DNA of 32,000 nt from Breznakia blatticola (GCF_004365815.1 NZ_SODD01000025.1:1383-33382); one strand, 5' to 3'; numbered from the stretch's first letter, positions 8,384-16,896 are shown. The notes: generated by a model not told the origin, from the sequence alone. Translations and numbers: made by a program.

Positions 8384-9193
8384 TTATAGTCCTTGTTCTT
8401 TCACGAATGCATAGAAGGCTTGTTCTGCTTTTTCATCACTTCCAATTGTGCCTACAGGAGCACAATATACAACAAATTCTTCATCACCATCTAGATCAAG
8501 TAAAGTGTTACATTTTTCATTATCAAATGCTGCAATTCCACAAGTACCTAAGCCAAGTGCGCTACATGCAAGATATAAGTTTTGTCCGACATGACCTGCA
8601 TCAATCAATGCAACTCTTTGTGCTTCAGGACCATAACGCCACTCTGCACGATATGCTACAAAACTCCAATACAACATAACATTTGCTTTACTTGCCCATA
8701 CCTGTCCACATACACTTTCACTCACTACTTGTTGCATATCATCAAGTTCTTTTAAAAATGCAAGTTGATGAGTCAGTGGCAAATACATGTACACTCCTGG
8801 GTTTAATCCCTCACAGTTACGCACAACAATATACGTTTCGAAAGGATGACGTGCCCCACCTGAGGCAACTGTGCGAATTGTCGCATATGATTTTCCGCGA
8901 ATTTCTTTAACCCCTTGACTAGCCCACAAGACATACGATACTTGTGCTAAAGACATCACTTCATCTGTATACACACGATGACTTCTTCTTTCATAAAACA
9001 CCTTAGTTATATCTGAGTTTACAATTTTGGCATCACTGATTTTAGGTAAGTCAATAATCAAATTAGCTGTAATTGGTTTTGTAAGTGGTGGTTGTTGTAA
9101 TTTCAGTTCTTGATCACTTTCAAAATCAATATCTTGATATTTCATAAATGCACGATGTGCTTTAATCATATTTGTTAGTTCTTCTTTTTTCAT
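8384..9193 (-). CDS. SagB/ThcOx-type dehydrogenase (nitroreductase superfamily)
   Basis: Matching strings: RRSHRVY, ASGGARHPFETYIVV, and the GLGTCGIAAFD nitroreductase C-terminal motif. GAGGTG RBS before the ATG at 9193. Confidence 0.72.
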   Translation of the reverse strand: MKKEELTNMIKAHRAFMKYQDIDFESDQELKLQQPPLTKPITANLIIDLPKISDAKIVNSDITKVFYERRSHRVYTDEVMSLAQVSYVLWASQGVKEIRGKSYATIRTVASGGARHPFETYIVVRNCEGLNPGVYMYLPLTHQLAFLKELDDMQQVVSESVCGQVWASKANVMLYWSFVAYRAEWRYGPEAQRVALIDAGHVGQNLYLACSALGLGTCGIAAFDNEKCNTLLDLDGDEEFVVYCAPVGTIGSDEKAEQAFYAFVKEQGL

Positions 9194-9430
9194 GTTCACC
9201 TCTTTTCTAAAAGTATATCAAACTTTCCTTACAATCTTATGAATATTTGTTTTTTCTTGTATTTCTTTCGATATTAAAATTCATGTTTTTACTTTTTTAT
9301 GAATCTTTAGCAATATTTTATGATGTTGCATGTCACTTATTGAGTCTATGGATATGCAATGTTATGATATACATGTTTTTCATACAAATCCTCTGTTAGG
9401 AAAACAAATCAATCAAAATCTCTATAAGAC

Positions 9431-9464
9431 GCAAAAAGTTTCCCGATTTCAGGAAACTTTTTGC
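9431..9464 (-). terminator. Hairpin terminator downstream of ptsI
   Basis: 13-bp perfect stem GCAAAAAGTTTCC (9431-9443) / GGAAACTTTTTGC (9452-9464). Confidence 0.55.
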
Positions 9465-9473
9465 GTTTTATGC

Positions 9474-11180
9474 TTATTTATTAATTACTGATTCAACGTA
9501 AGCTTCAACTTCAGCAGCAGTTTCAAATGATAAACATTTTTCAGCTACAGCTTCCATTTCTTTCTTATCTAATGATGTAACCATTTTACGAGCACGTAAG
9601 ATTGAAGTTGCTGACATAGAGAATTCATCAAGTCCAAGACCTAGAAGAATTGCAACTGCATTTGGTTCTCCAGCCATTTCTCCACACATACCAGCCCATT
9701 TTCCTTCTTTGTGAGCTCCATCAATTGTCATTTTAATTAGACGTAAGATTGCTGGGTTGTATGGTTGGTATAAGTAACTTACTTTTTCACTCATACGGTC
9801 AGCAGCCATTGAGTATTGGATAAGGTCATTTGTTCCAATTGAGAAGAAGTCAGCGTGTTTAGCAAATTGGTCAGCAAGTACTGCAGCAGCAGGAATTTCA
9901 ACCATCATACCGACTTCGATGTTGTCACTAACTTCAACACCTTCAGCAATTAATTCAGCTTTACATTCTTCGAAGAATGCTTTTGCTTCTACGAATTCAT
10001 TAACTGTCGCAATCATTGGGAACATAATACATAATCTTCCGTAGATTGATGCACGACATAATGCACGTAATTGTGTTCTGAAGATATCTTTTCTGTCTAA
10101 GCATAGACGAATTGCACGATATCCTAAGAATGGGTTCATTTCTTCTGGGAATTCAAAGTAAGGAAGTTTTTTATCTCCACCGATGTCTAATGTACGAACA
10201 ACGACACGTTTTCCTTTCATTCCTTCAAGAACCATCTTGTATGCGATGAATTGCTCATCTTCTGTTGGGAATTCTTGAGAGTTCATGTATAAGAACTCTG
10301 TACGGTAAAGTCCAACACCTTCTCCACCATTTTCTAATACACCTTCAACATCTTTTGGTGTTCCGATGTTTCCAGCTAATTCTACATGGTGACCATCTTT
10401 AGAAATTGATGGTTTATCTACTAATACTTTAAGTGCTTCTTTTTCTTCTTCGTGTGCAACACGTTTTGCTTCGTATTCCACTTTTTGTTCAGCAGTAGGA
10501 TCTAAAATTACATCCCCTTTAATTGCATCAAGAATTACTTCTTGACCGTGTTTTGCTGTTTCAAGGATTCCAGCACATCCAACAACTGCAGGAATTTCTA
10601 AACTTCTTGCCATAATTGCTGAGTGACTTGTTCTACCACCAATTTCAGTAGCAAATCCTTTTGTATACGCTTTGTTTAATTGTGCTGTATCAGATGGAGT
10701 TAAATCGTAAGCAACGATTACAACTTCTTCGTTAATTGCTGTTAAATCAGGAATTTCTACTCCTAATAAGTTAGCTTTTAAACGAACTGTAACATCTTTA
10801 ATATCTGCTGCACGTTCACGCATATATGCATCTTCCATTGCTTCGAACATAGAAACATACATATTTGCTACACTGTCAGCAGCATATTCTGCATTACAAT
10901 TGTCTGAATTGATTTGTCCTTCAACAGCACCAATGAATTCTGGATCTTGTGCAACCATTAAGTGTGCATCGAAAACTGCTAATTCTTCAGCAGATAAGTT
11001 TTGTGAAGCTCTTTCCTTAATTGCTTCAATGTCCTTAACTGTTTTTTCAACTGCAGCCTTTAATTTTGCAACTTCTTCTTCTGGGTTTGCCGTTTTTTTC
11101 TCGATTTTCATTTCTGGCATTTCAAGTTTGTATACTTTAGCAATAGCTACACCACTTGACGCCGCAATACCTTTTAACAT
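9474..11180 (-). CDS. ptsI: Phosphoenolpyruvate-protein phosphotransferase (PTS enzyme I)
   Basis: [17 protein letters not shown]..., [21 protein letters not shown] (phospho-His region), and a PEP-utilizer C-terminal domain. GGAGG lies 7 nt before the ATG at 11180. Confidence 0.93.
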   Translation of the reverse strand: MLKGIAASSGVAIAKVYKLEMPEMKIEKKTANPEEEVAKLKAAVEKTVKDIEAIKERASQNLSAEELAVFDAHLMVAQDPEFIGAVEGQINSDNCNAEYAADSVANMYVSMFEAMEDAYMRERAADIKDVTVRLKANLLGVEIPDLTAINEEVVIVAYDLTPSDTAQLNKAYTKGFATEIGGRTSHSAIMARSLEIPAVVGCAGILETAKHGQEVILDAIKGDVILDPTAEQKVEYEAKRVAHEEEKEALKVLVDKPSISKDGHHVELAGNIGTPKDVEGVLENGGEGVGLYRTEFLYMNSQEFPTEDEQFIAYKMVLEGMKGKRVVVRTLDIGGDKKLPYFEFPEEMNPFLGYRAIRLCLDRKDIFRTQLRALCRASIYGRLCIMFPMIATVNEFVEAKAFFEECKAELIAEGVEVSDNIEVGMMVEIPAAAVLADQFAKHADFFSIGTNDLIQYSMAADRMSEKVSYLYQPYNPAILRLIKMTIDGAHKEGKWAGMCGEMAGEPNAVAILLGLGLDEFSMSATSILRARKMVTSLDKKEMEAVAEKCLSFETAAEVEAYVESVINK

Positions 11181-11218
11181 ATTACATCCTCCGAATCTCT
11201 TATTAATCTCTACTGTCA

Positions 11219-11246
11219 ATTATAACAAACTCATAGTCAAAATCAA
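11219..11246 (-). promoter_or_regulatory. Sigma-A-type promoter for ptsI
   Basis: Read on the minus strand: TTGATT (11241-11246), 16 nt, TATAAT (11219-11224), with a TG extended -10. Confidence 0.5.
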
Positions 11247-11263
11247 ATAAGTTATGCATCTTT

Positions 11264-11277
11264 TGAAAACGGTCTCA
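11264..11277. promoter_or_regulatory. Catabolite-responsive element (cre, CcpA site)
   Basis: TGAAAACGGTCTCA matches the TGWAANCGNTNWCA consensus at all 14 positions. It lies 17 nt upstream of the ptsI -35. Confidence 0.55.
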
Positions 11278-11295
11278 TTATTTATAAAAACATAA

Positions 11296-11326
11296 GAAAA
11301 CAAAAGAGCATAACCCTTTTGTTCTC
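11296..11326 (-). terminator. Terminator after the BspA-like gene
   Basis: 13-nt arms (11296-11308 / 11314-11326) pairing at 11 of 13 positions, followed on the minus strand by a T-rich tract. Confidence 0.5.
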
Positions 11327-11356
11327 TTACATATAATACTTTGTAGTTTAGAATTG

Positions 11357-14098
11357 TTATTTTGATTTTCTTTTATTACGTAAAACAACCATTCCACCTG
11401 TCAATGCGATCAATCCAAGGTAAATAAACCATTCAACACTTGTCGAATCACCTGTATCTACGACTTTATTTGCATCTTTTACTTGCCCATTGAAATCTGG
11501 TGCAATGGATGGATTTGAAGGATTGCTTGGCGAATCTGTATTTGTCTCATTATTAACTGGTGGAAGTACAATTTTTTCCCACTTCGCAACTAATGTTACA
11601 TCATTATAAATTAAGGTATCAAAATCCCAGCTTTGTCCATCAGAAAGTTCCCATCCTTTAAAAATATATCCATCTCTTTCTGGGTCTAACGGTTTTGTTG
11701 ATGTATTTCCATATTCAACTTTTTGTGAATCAATTGGATCACTAGTTCCACCATTCAAATCAAAGATGATGTCAAACTTCGCTATTTCCCAAATATATGT
11801 ATCTGGAATACTTCCATCGTAGCTATCCATAAATGTTGTACTATCTGCATATGTATTTCCAGTATGAATACCAATCCAACGACCTGTGTATTTTCCACTT
11901 GTCGTATCAATTAATGGCAATGCAGCACTCTGATCAAGTATGGCATTAGGTCCCAATTGTATAGAACTAAGAAGTGTACAATTGTAAAACATTTGCACAA
12001 AATCCGTTACATTTGATGTATCCCAATTTTCTAAATTAATTTTCTCTAAACTTTGATTTTCATAGAACATACGTTGCATATTTACTACATTACTTGTATC
12101 CCAATTGGATAAGTCTAATTCCGTAATTGAAGGGCATAGATCAAACATATTTGACATATTAGTCACATTTGCTGTATTCCAATTCGCAATTTCTAAACCA
12201 TCCAATACGGCGCAGTCATGGAACATAAATGACATATCCATAACACTTGATGTATCCCAGTCTTTCATATCTAGTGTTTCAAGTGCACTACATCCTAAGA
12301 ACATACTTCCCATGGTTGTAACATTTTCTACATTCCAATCGCTAACATCTAGGTTATTGATATTCTTACTTCTAAAAAACATTAAGTCCATTGCTGTAAC
12401 ACTTCCAGTATCCCAATTACTTACATCAAGTGATTCCAAGCTTTCGCAAGCATAAAACATACTCGACATATCTGTAACATTTTCTACGTTCCAATCTGAA
12501 ACATTAAGATCTGTTAATACTTTACAATTAACAAACATCCCACTCATATCTGTTACAACACCAACATTCCAATCATCGACTGATAATCCAGTGAGTTTGT
12601 TGCAACCATAGAACATTTGTTTCATGCTTTCCACTTTTTCTGTATTCCATGTACTTACATCAAGGTTGTCTAAAATCGTACATCCATAAAACATGCTACG
12701 CATATTTTCTACAAGTCCGACATTCCATTCTTCAACATCTAACACCTCAAGATTCGCACATCCTGAAAACATACTACTCATGTCTTTTACTGCAGCTACA
12801 TTCCAAGTACTAACATCAACATCTGAAAGTTTCGTACATCCCGAGAACATAAATGCCATCGTATTTACATTCCCTACATTCCAATCACTTACAGCAATTT
12901 CTTCCAATTTCTTACAGTTCCAAAACATGTAACTCATATCTTGAATATTATGCACATCCCAATTATCAATTGTTAATGTTGTTAGTGCTTCACAATCTGT
13001 AAACATGCTTTTTGTTGATAATGTTTTTGATAAATCCCAACCTGAAAGATCAATGCTTGTTAATTTTGTACTACTTCTAAACATATTCTCTAGTGTTTTA
13101 ACACTTGATGTTTCCCAATCAGATAAATCTAAATTTTCTAATTTCGTACAATATCTAAACATGTTTTCCATTGTTTCAACTTTACGCACATCAAAAGATT
13201 CAACGTTAATTTCTTCCAGTGCAAAACATTGGTCAAACATGAATTTCATATCTTTAACTTCACCAGTATCCCAAGTATCTACCTTTAATTCAGTGATTAT
13301 TTTACATCCTTTAAACATTGATGACATATTTGTCACAGCACTTGTGTCCCAATCTTCTACATCAATTTCTGCAAGTACTGAACAACCATCAAACATTCCC
13401 ATCATTAAGGTTACATTTTCTGTATCCCATAATGATACATCGACATTTGTTAATGCAGAACATCCTTTAAACATGTATGACATATCTGTAAAAGTTGATG
13501 TGTTCCATGATGATACATCAATACTTGTTAGTGAACTACATCCCTCAAACATACTTTGCGCGTTAACTGGTCCTGAAAACGTAATCTTCTCTGCACCAAC
13601 CACAGTTTCTAAACTTGTGAATTTTTCAAACATACTTGCTGCATTTGTAATTGTCACTGGTTGTGCAAATGTAATCTTCTTAATTTGATTTTTGTGTTGA
13701 ACAAAGTTATTAGGATTTGCCCAATGTTCTCCAGTCAATACACCTTGTTGGTAACTTTTGTTTCCACATGTATTCGTTAGTGTACCACCTTCTAGCACGA
13801 GTTCTCCATCTGCATACAACGTCCAAGTTACACCCCACGTGTTTGTATCAACAACTACACGATCTGCTTGTGGCAAAATCTCTACAGTTTTTGCACTTGG
13901 TTTTGTCTCATCCTTAATTTCTGTTTGCTCATCTACACGCTTAACAACTTCATCTTCCTTATTAGCTGTTTCTTCGTTTACCTCATCAGTAGTTTGCTCA
14001 TTTGCATGTATTTCTTCTTTTGCTAGTACAATACCGTTTGATGAAACTACAATAATTCCAATCAACATCAAAATTACTATCTTTTTTAATTTATCCAT
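11357..14098 (-). CDS. BspA-family (DUF285-type) leucine-rich-repeat surface protein with a Listeria-Bacteroides (Flg_new) repeat and a C-terminal membrane/sorting anchor
   Basis: The protein has a signal peptide (MDKLKKIVILMLIGIIVVSSNGIVLA) and about 22 units of DVSxWNTSxVTxMxxMFxGCxxL. It also has a GYIFKGW Flg_new module, a Pro/Ser linker, and the tail VVDTGDSTSVEWFIYLGLIALTGGMVVLRNKRKSK. Confidence 0.88.
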   Translation of the reverse strand: MDKLKKIVILMLIGIIVVSSNGIVLAKEEIHANEQTTDEVNEETANKEDEVVKRVDEQTEIKDETKPSAKTVEILPQADRVVVDTNTWGVTWTLYADGELVLEGGTLTNTCGNKSYQQGVLTGEHWANPNNFVQHKNQIKKITFAQPVTITNAASMFEKFTSLETVVGAEKITFSGPVNAQSMFEGCSSLTSIDVSSWNTSTFTDMSYMFKGCSALTNVDVSLWDTENVTLMMGMFDGCSVLAEIDVEDWDTSAVTNMSSMFKGCKIITELKVDTWDTGEVKDMKFMFDQCFALEEINVESFDVRKVETMENMFRYCTKLENLDLSDWETSSVKTLENMFRSSTKLTSIDLSGWDLSKTLSTKSMFTDCEALTTLTIDNWDVHNIQDMSYMFWNCKKLEEIAVSDWNVGNVNTMAFMFSGCTKLSDVDVSTWNVAAVKDMSSMFSGCANLEVLDVEEWNVGLVENMRSMFYGCTILDNLDVSTWNTEKVESMKQMFYGCNKLTGLSVDDWNVGVVTDMSGMFVNCKVLTDLNVSDWNVENVTDMSSMFYACESLESLDVSNWDTGSVTAMDLMFFRSKNINNLDVSDWNVENVTTMGSMFLGCSALETLDMKDWDTSSVMDMSFMFHDCAVLDGLEIANWNTANVTNMSNMFDLCPSITELDLSNWDTSNVVNMQRMFYENQSLEKINLENWDTSNVTDFVQMFYNCTLLSSIQLGPNAILDQSAALPLIDTTSGKYTGRWIGIHTGNTYADSTTFMDSYDGSIPDTYIWEIAKFDIIFDLNGGTSDPIDSQKVEYGNTSTKPLDPERDGYIFKGWELSDGQSWDFDTLIYNDVTLVAKWEKIVLPPVNNETNTDSPSNPSNPSIAPDFNGQVKDANKVVDTGDSTSVEWFIYLGLIALTGGMVVLRNKRKSK
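11960..13680 (-). repeat. Tandem array of about 22 diverged 75-nt (25-aa) LRR coding repeats
   Basis: Periodic xMF-x-x-C-x-x-L ... W(D/N)(T/V) pattern in the translation. This periodicity also generates long spurious antisense ORFs in the track. Confidence 0.85.
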
Positions 14099-14128
14099 AC
14101 TTTTTCCTCTCTATAACACTTGCTATTT

Positions 14129-14160
14129 GTTAGATATTCAAAATACAAAATAGTTTGAAC
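14129..14160 (-). promoter_or_regulatory. ECF-type promoter candidate in front of the BspA-like gene
   Basis: Read on the minus strand: GTTCAAAC-N15-ATATCTAAC, ending about 30 nt before the ATG. The same 8+9 nt at the same spacing occur at 15513-15544. Confidence 0.55.
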
Positions 14161-15473
14161 TAAATTGTAAAACTGAATTCATTACAATGTTTTTTCATAT
14201 CACACAACATCACTTCAATTTTCTTGTCCTGATTTAGTGATACATACAACTCTTTTGTTAGTGGAACTTTGCTTCCATTTACAATCACATATGACAAATC
14301 ATAGTTAATGTCATATTCCGCTTCTTGAACGATGAAATATCCAACATCATCTTTTACTTTGATTCCCTTTATAACAGGAATTTTTTGATCAATATTATCT
14401 ACTTCAAAATATTGCTCATCATTTCCTACTTTCACATAATACCTTCCATTATCATTCGCATACATTTGAATATATTCATCAAATATTGTGTATGCACAGT
14501 TTTCATCTTGAAATGTAATTTGAACTGCATCAGTTACCTTTTCTTTTGTATAAATACGTATTTCAATTGGTCCGGCAATTGGTGACTGATCATACGCAAT
14601 CGATGCAATCGTATCCTCTCGATTTGAAACTTTGTATACTGGATGACTCGTAATTGACGGATATACATCATAAAGCAAATCATGATCTTGTAATATTCCA
14701 AAGGCTTGTGGAAATATCATCACTGCTGCAAGGAAAACCGTGAATAATACTCCACTTTTCTCACTTCTTATCATCGCATTCACAAAATCACGTATACTTC
14801 CATGTCGAATCGATTGCTCATTACTACCAATCGATGGATGTGTTTGCTCTTTTGCTTGATACCTATTTGTCATTTCTTGATACAACAATGGAATCCCTGT
14901 CACACTGAAGTATTTTCTAGGATGATATCCTTGATCTTTCAAATCCTTCGATACCTTCTTACGAATTTCATACAATCTACTTTTTACCTTTTTTGTGTCT
15001 ACATCCATTTCACTCGCAATTTCATCCATTGAAAATCCACCTAAGAATCGCAATTCTGCAGTTCTTTTATTGTTTTGATTCAACTTTGAAAATGACTGAA
15101 TGATTGCATCCATTAAGGAAGAACGCGTTAATTCATCAATTTGATTATCTTTTGCTTCTACTACCTCTTCGATTGCATTTTCATCATCTAACTGAATATA
15201 CTTATTTTGCTTATTTAATCTTGCATTACACTCATTTGTTGCAATCGTGAACATCCATGAATGAAATGCATCAAGTTTCTTTAATTGATGAATCTTCATT
15301 TGTACTTTAAGCATCACTTCCTGAACGACTTCCTCTGCTTCATGTGCATTTTTCAAAATTGAAAATGCATAATAATAAAGAGGTCCACGATAAAACTTAT
15401 AAATTTCATTTAATGCATTTGCATTTCCTTCTTGTAGTTCCTTTACATATGCATTAGATATTCGGCTTGCCAC
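14160..15473 (-). CDS. ECF-type sigma-70 family factor fused to a transmembrane helix and a ~176-aa extracytoplasmic domain
   Basis: aa 1-185 contain sigma region 2 (EAEEVVQEVMLKV...FHSWMFTIATNECNARL) and region 4 (RTAELRFLGGFSMDEIASEMDVDTKKVKSRLYEIRKK). A TM helix spans aa 241-261 (GVLFTVFLAAVMIFPQAFGIL), with basic residues on the N-terminal side. The C-terminal domain has no family I can recognise. GTG start. Confidence 0.8.
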   Translation of the reverse strand: MASRISNAYVKELQEGNANALNEIYKFYRGPLYYYAFSILKNAHEAEEVVQEVMLKVQMKIHQLKKLDAFHSWMFTIATNECNARLNKQNKYIQLDDENAIEEVVEAKDNQIDELTRSSLMDAIIQSFSKLNQNNKRTAELRFLGGFSMDEIASEMDVDTKKVKSRLYEIRKKVSKDLKDQGYHPRKYFSVTGIPLLYQEMTNRYQAKEQTHPSIGSNEQSIRHGSIRDFVNAMIRSEKSGVLFTVFLAAVMIFPQAFGILQDHDLLYDVYPSITSHPVYKVSNREDTIASIAYDQSPIAGPIEIRIYTKEKVTDAVQITFQDENCAYTIFDEYIQMYANDNGRYYVKVGNDEQYFEVDNIDQKIPVIKGIKVKDDVGYFIVQEAEYDINYDLSYVIVNGSKVPLTKELYVSLNQDKKIEVMLCDMKKHCNEFSFTI

Positions 15474-15512
15474 TACACACCACCACTCCTCTCACATTCA
15501 CACATCCCATTA

Positions 15513-15544
15513 GTTAGATATGTCATTTTTTAAAAAGTTTGAAC
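15513..15544 (-). promoter_or_regulatory. ECF-type promoter candidate in front of the sigma gene (autoregulation)
   Basis: Read on the minus strand: GTTCAAAC-N15-ATATCTAAC, ending about 40 nt before the GTG start. It is the twin of the site at 14129-14160. Confidence 0.55.
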
Positions 15545-15570
15545 TTTTTTCTCATTTTTTTAAAATTTTA

Positions 15571-15614
15571 AAAAAGAAAAAAGGTTACTTCTCCCAACTG
15601 GAAAATGTAACCTT
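15571..15614 (-). terminator. Intrinsic terminator (minus strand) upstream of the sigma promoter
   Basis: Stem AAGGTTAC (15581-15588) / GTAACCTT (15607-15614). On the minus strand it is followed by TTTTCTTTTT. Confidence 0.55.
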
Positions 15615-15779
15615 ATATGGTATATTTAGGTTTTTTACATTGTAAAAAAAGACGCACTTGTTGTGCTTTTCACTTGATTACCCACACTGATTGCATCATA
15701 TAGTATCTATCAATTAGAAACTATATATATATCCCCTACAAATCACTTTACACACATAAGGAAAGAATTTCCTAGGTTA

Positions 15780-15808
15780 ATAATATTTTTTCAGAAGATT
15801 TCTGTCAA
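15780..15808 (-). promoter_or_regulatory. Orphan near-consensus sigma-A promoter
   Basis: Read on the minus strand: TTGACA (15803-15808), 17 nt, TATTAT (15780-15785). No ORF lies downstream before the terminator at 15571-15614. Confidence 0.5.
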
Positions 15809-15832
15809 CAATTTTGCTTCTTTATCGATTAA

Positions 15833-15868
15833 AAAACTTCGTTAGTTTTATGTCTCTAACGAAGTTTT
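15833..15868 (-). terminator. Terminator of the ribokinase remnant
   Basis: 13-bp perfect stem AAAACTTCGTTAG (15833-15845) / CTAACGAAGTTTT (15856-15868), with T-runs on both sides. Confidence 0.65.
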
Positions 15869-15872
15869 TATG

Positions 15873-16073
15873 TTATGTATTATTTAAAAATGCTTCGATT
15901 TTTTCCTGCGTCGGAATTCCTGTTTGTGCACCCAAGTGCTCTGTTGATATCGATGCTCCTGCACTTGCAAATTGAATTGCTTCCTTCAACTTGATTCCTT
16001 TTGCTAATTGCATTGCAAGAATCCCATTAAATGTATCTCCAACAGCAATCAAAAATATTATAACAACCAACAA
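15873..16073 (-). pseudogene. 3' remnant of a ribokinase/PfkB-family sugar kinase (last ~57 codons only)
   Basis: AVGDTFNGILAMQLAKGIKLKEAIQFASAGASISTEHLGAQTGIPTQEKIEAFL matches the C-terminal GAGDxFxG anion-hole region of RbsK-type kinases. Upstream of ~16048 the frame is AT-rich non-homologous sequence. The remaining ~240 codons of the gene are absent. Confidence 0.7.
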
Positions 16074-16110
16074 AAAAGTGTAAAATACACTACAAAAAAG
16101 TGCGAAAGTA

Positions 16111-16151
16111 AAAATTGCTAAAACCTTATGAATAAAGGGCTTAGCAATTTT
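16111..16151. terminator. Bidirectional hairpin terminator downstream of the HAD gene
   Basis: Arms AAAATTGCTAA (16111-16121) / TTAGCAATTTT (16141-16151) with inner CCTT/AAGG pairs. T-runs follow on both strands. Confidence 0.6.
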
Positions 16152-16233
16152 TTATGCTTTTTTACTTCTAAAGTCTAGATACCAATGGATATAGAAAGAA
16201 CATAAGAAATGTATCAAATTTATGTCTGTTAAT

Positions 16234-16896
16234 TCAATCGGATTCATTCATCTTTAAAACTATACGCACTGCATCAAACATTGTGTCCACAATAATATCT
16301 GCATCACTTTGATCAATATCAAAATTATAGTCCTTGATTGCAATAACATACATTCCTGCTCGTTTTCCTGCTTGTATTCCATAATAAGAATCCTCAATTA
16401 CAACACATTCATCTGGATTTATCCCAAAGTGTTTAGCACATGTGATGTATATTTCAGGATCCGGTTTACTGTTTTCAAACATTTCACCAGAAATTATGTA
16501 ATCTAATTTTGGTATTAACCCACAGTTCTTCAAGTTATACTTTAGTGGTTCTAATCGTGATGAACTTGCTACAGCTACATGAATATTATGATCTTTAAGC
16601 ATTTGAAACGATCTTGGCACATCTTCAAACATAATCTCTTTGTAATCTAATCGACGTACAACTTCACGAAAATCCCATAGTTTTTGTTGGAATTCTTCAT
16701 ATGTGTATGGTGGGTTTGCTTTATCATATATAACTCTCCACAAATCCATTTGCACACTTGAGCCAATTAGATTACGTAAATCTTGAGGATCATACGATAA
16801 CCCTAATTGCTTTACAAATTCTTCATTTAATCCGTTCACTAAGACTTCTGAGTTGACAATTACACCATCAAAGTCACTAAATACCGCTTTTATCAT
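16234..16896 (-). CDS. HAD-IA family sugar-phosphate phosphatase / beta-phosphoglucomutase-like hydrolase
   Basis: MIKAVFSDFDGVIVNSE carries the DxDG nucleophile motif, and the protein has the GxxAGxxxG-type C-terminal motifs (EDSYYGIQAGKRAGM). Confidence 0.8.
   Translation of the reverse strand: MIKAVFSDFDGVIVNSEVLVNGLNEEFVKQLGLSYDPQDLRNLIGSSVQMDLWRVIYDKANPPYTYEEFQQKLWDFREVVRRLDYKEIMFEDVPRSFQMLKDHNIHVAVASSSRLEPLKYNLKNCGLIPKLDYIISGEMFENSKPDPEIYITCAKHFGINPDECVVIEDSYYGIQAGKRAGMYVIAIKDYNFDIDQSDADIIVDTMFDAVRIVLKMNESD

Noticed and set aside
8132-9193. The SagB-type dehydrogenase plus small wHTH protein as a thiazole/oxazole RiPP (TOMM) cluster.
   Set aside because: There is no YcaO/cyclodehydratase, no precursor peptide, and no transporter or protease nearby. 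Stand-alone SagB/ThcOx-like nitroreductases are common.
9200-9430. Two 16-codon ORFs (MKNMYIITLHIHRLNK and MQHHKILLKIHKKVKT, minus strand) in the AT-rich region upstream of the SagB-like gene.
   Set aside because: Short ORFs are expected by chance in AT-rich DNA. Only one has an SD-like sequence, and there is nothing to indicate function.
12105-14153. Several long plus-strand ORFs (12105-12455, 12693-12932, 13005-13688, 13717-13917, 13758-14153) opposite the BspA-like gene.
   Set aside because: They are antisense shadows of the periodic LRR coding repeats, with Ser/Thr/Phe-rich low-complexity translations. They have no RBS and no recognisable family, and they are fully embedded in a well-supported minus-strand gene.
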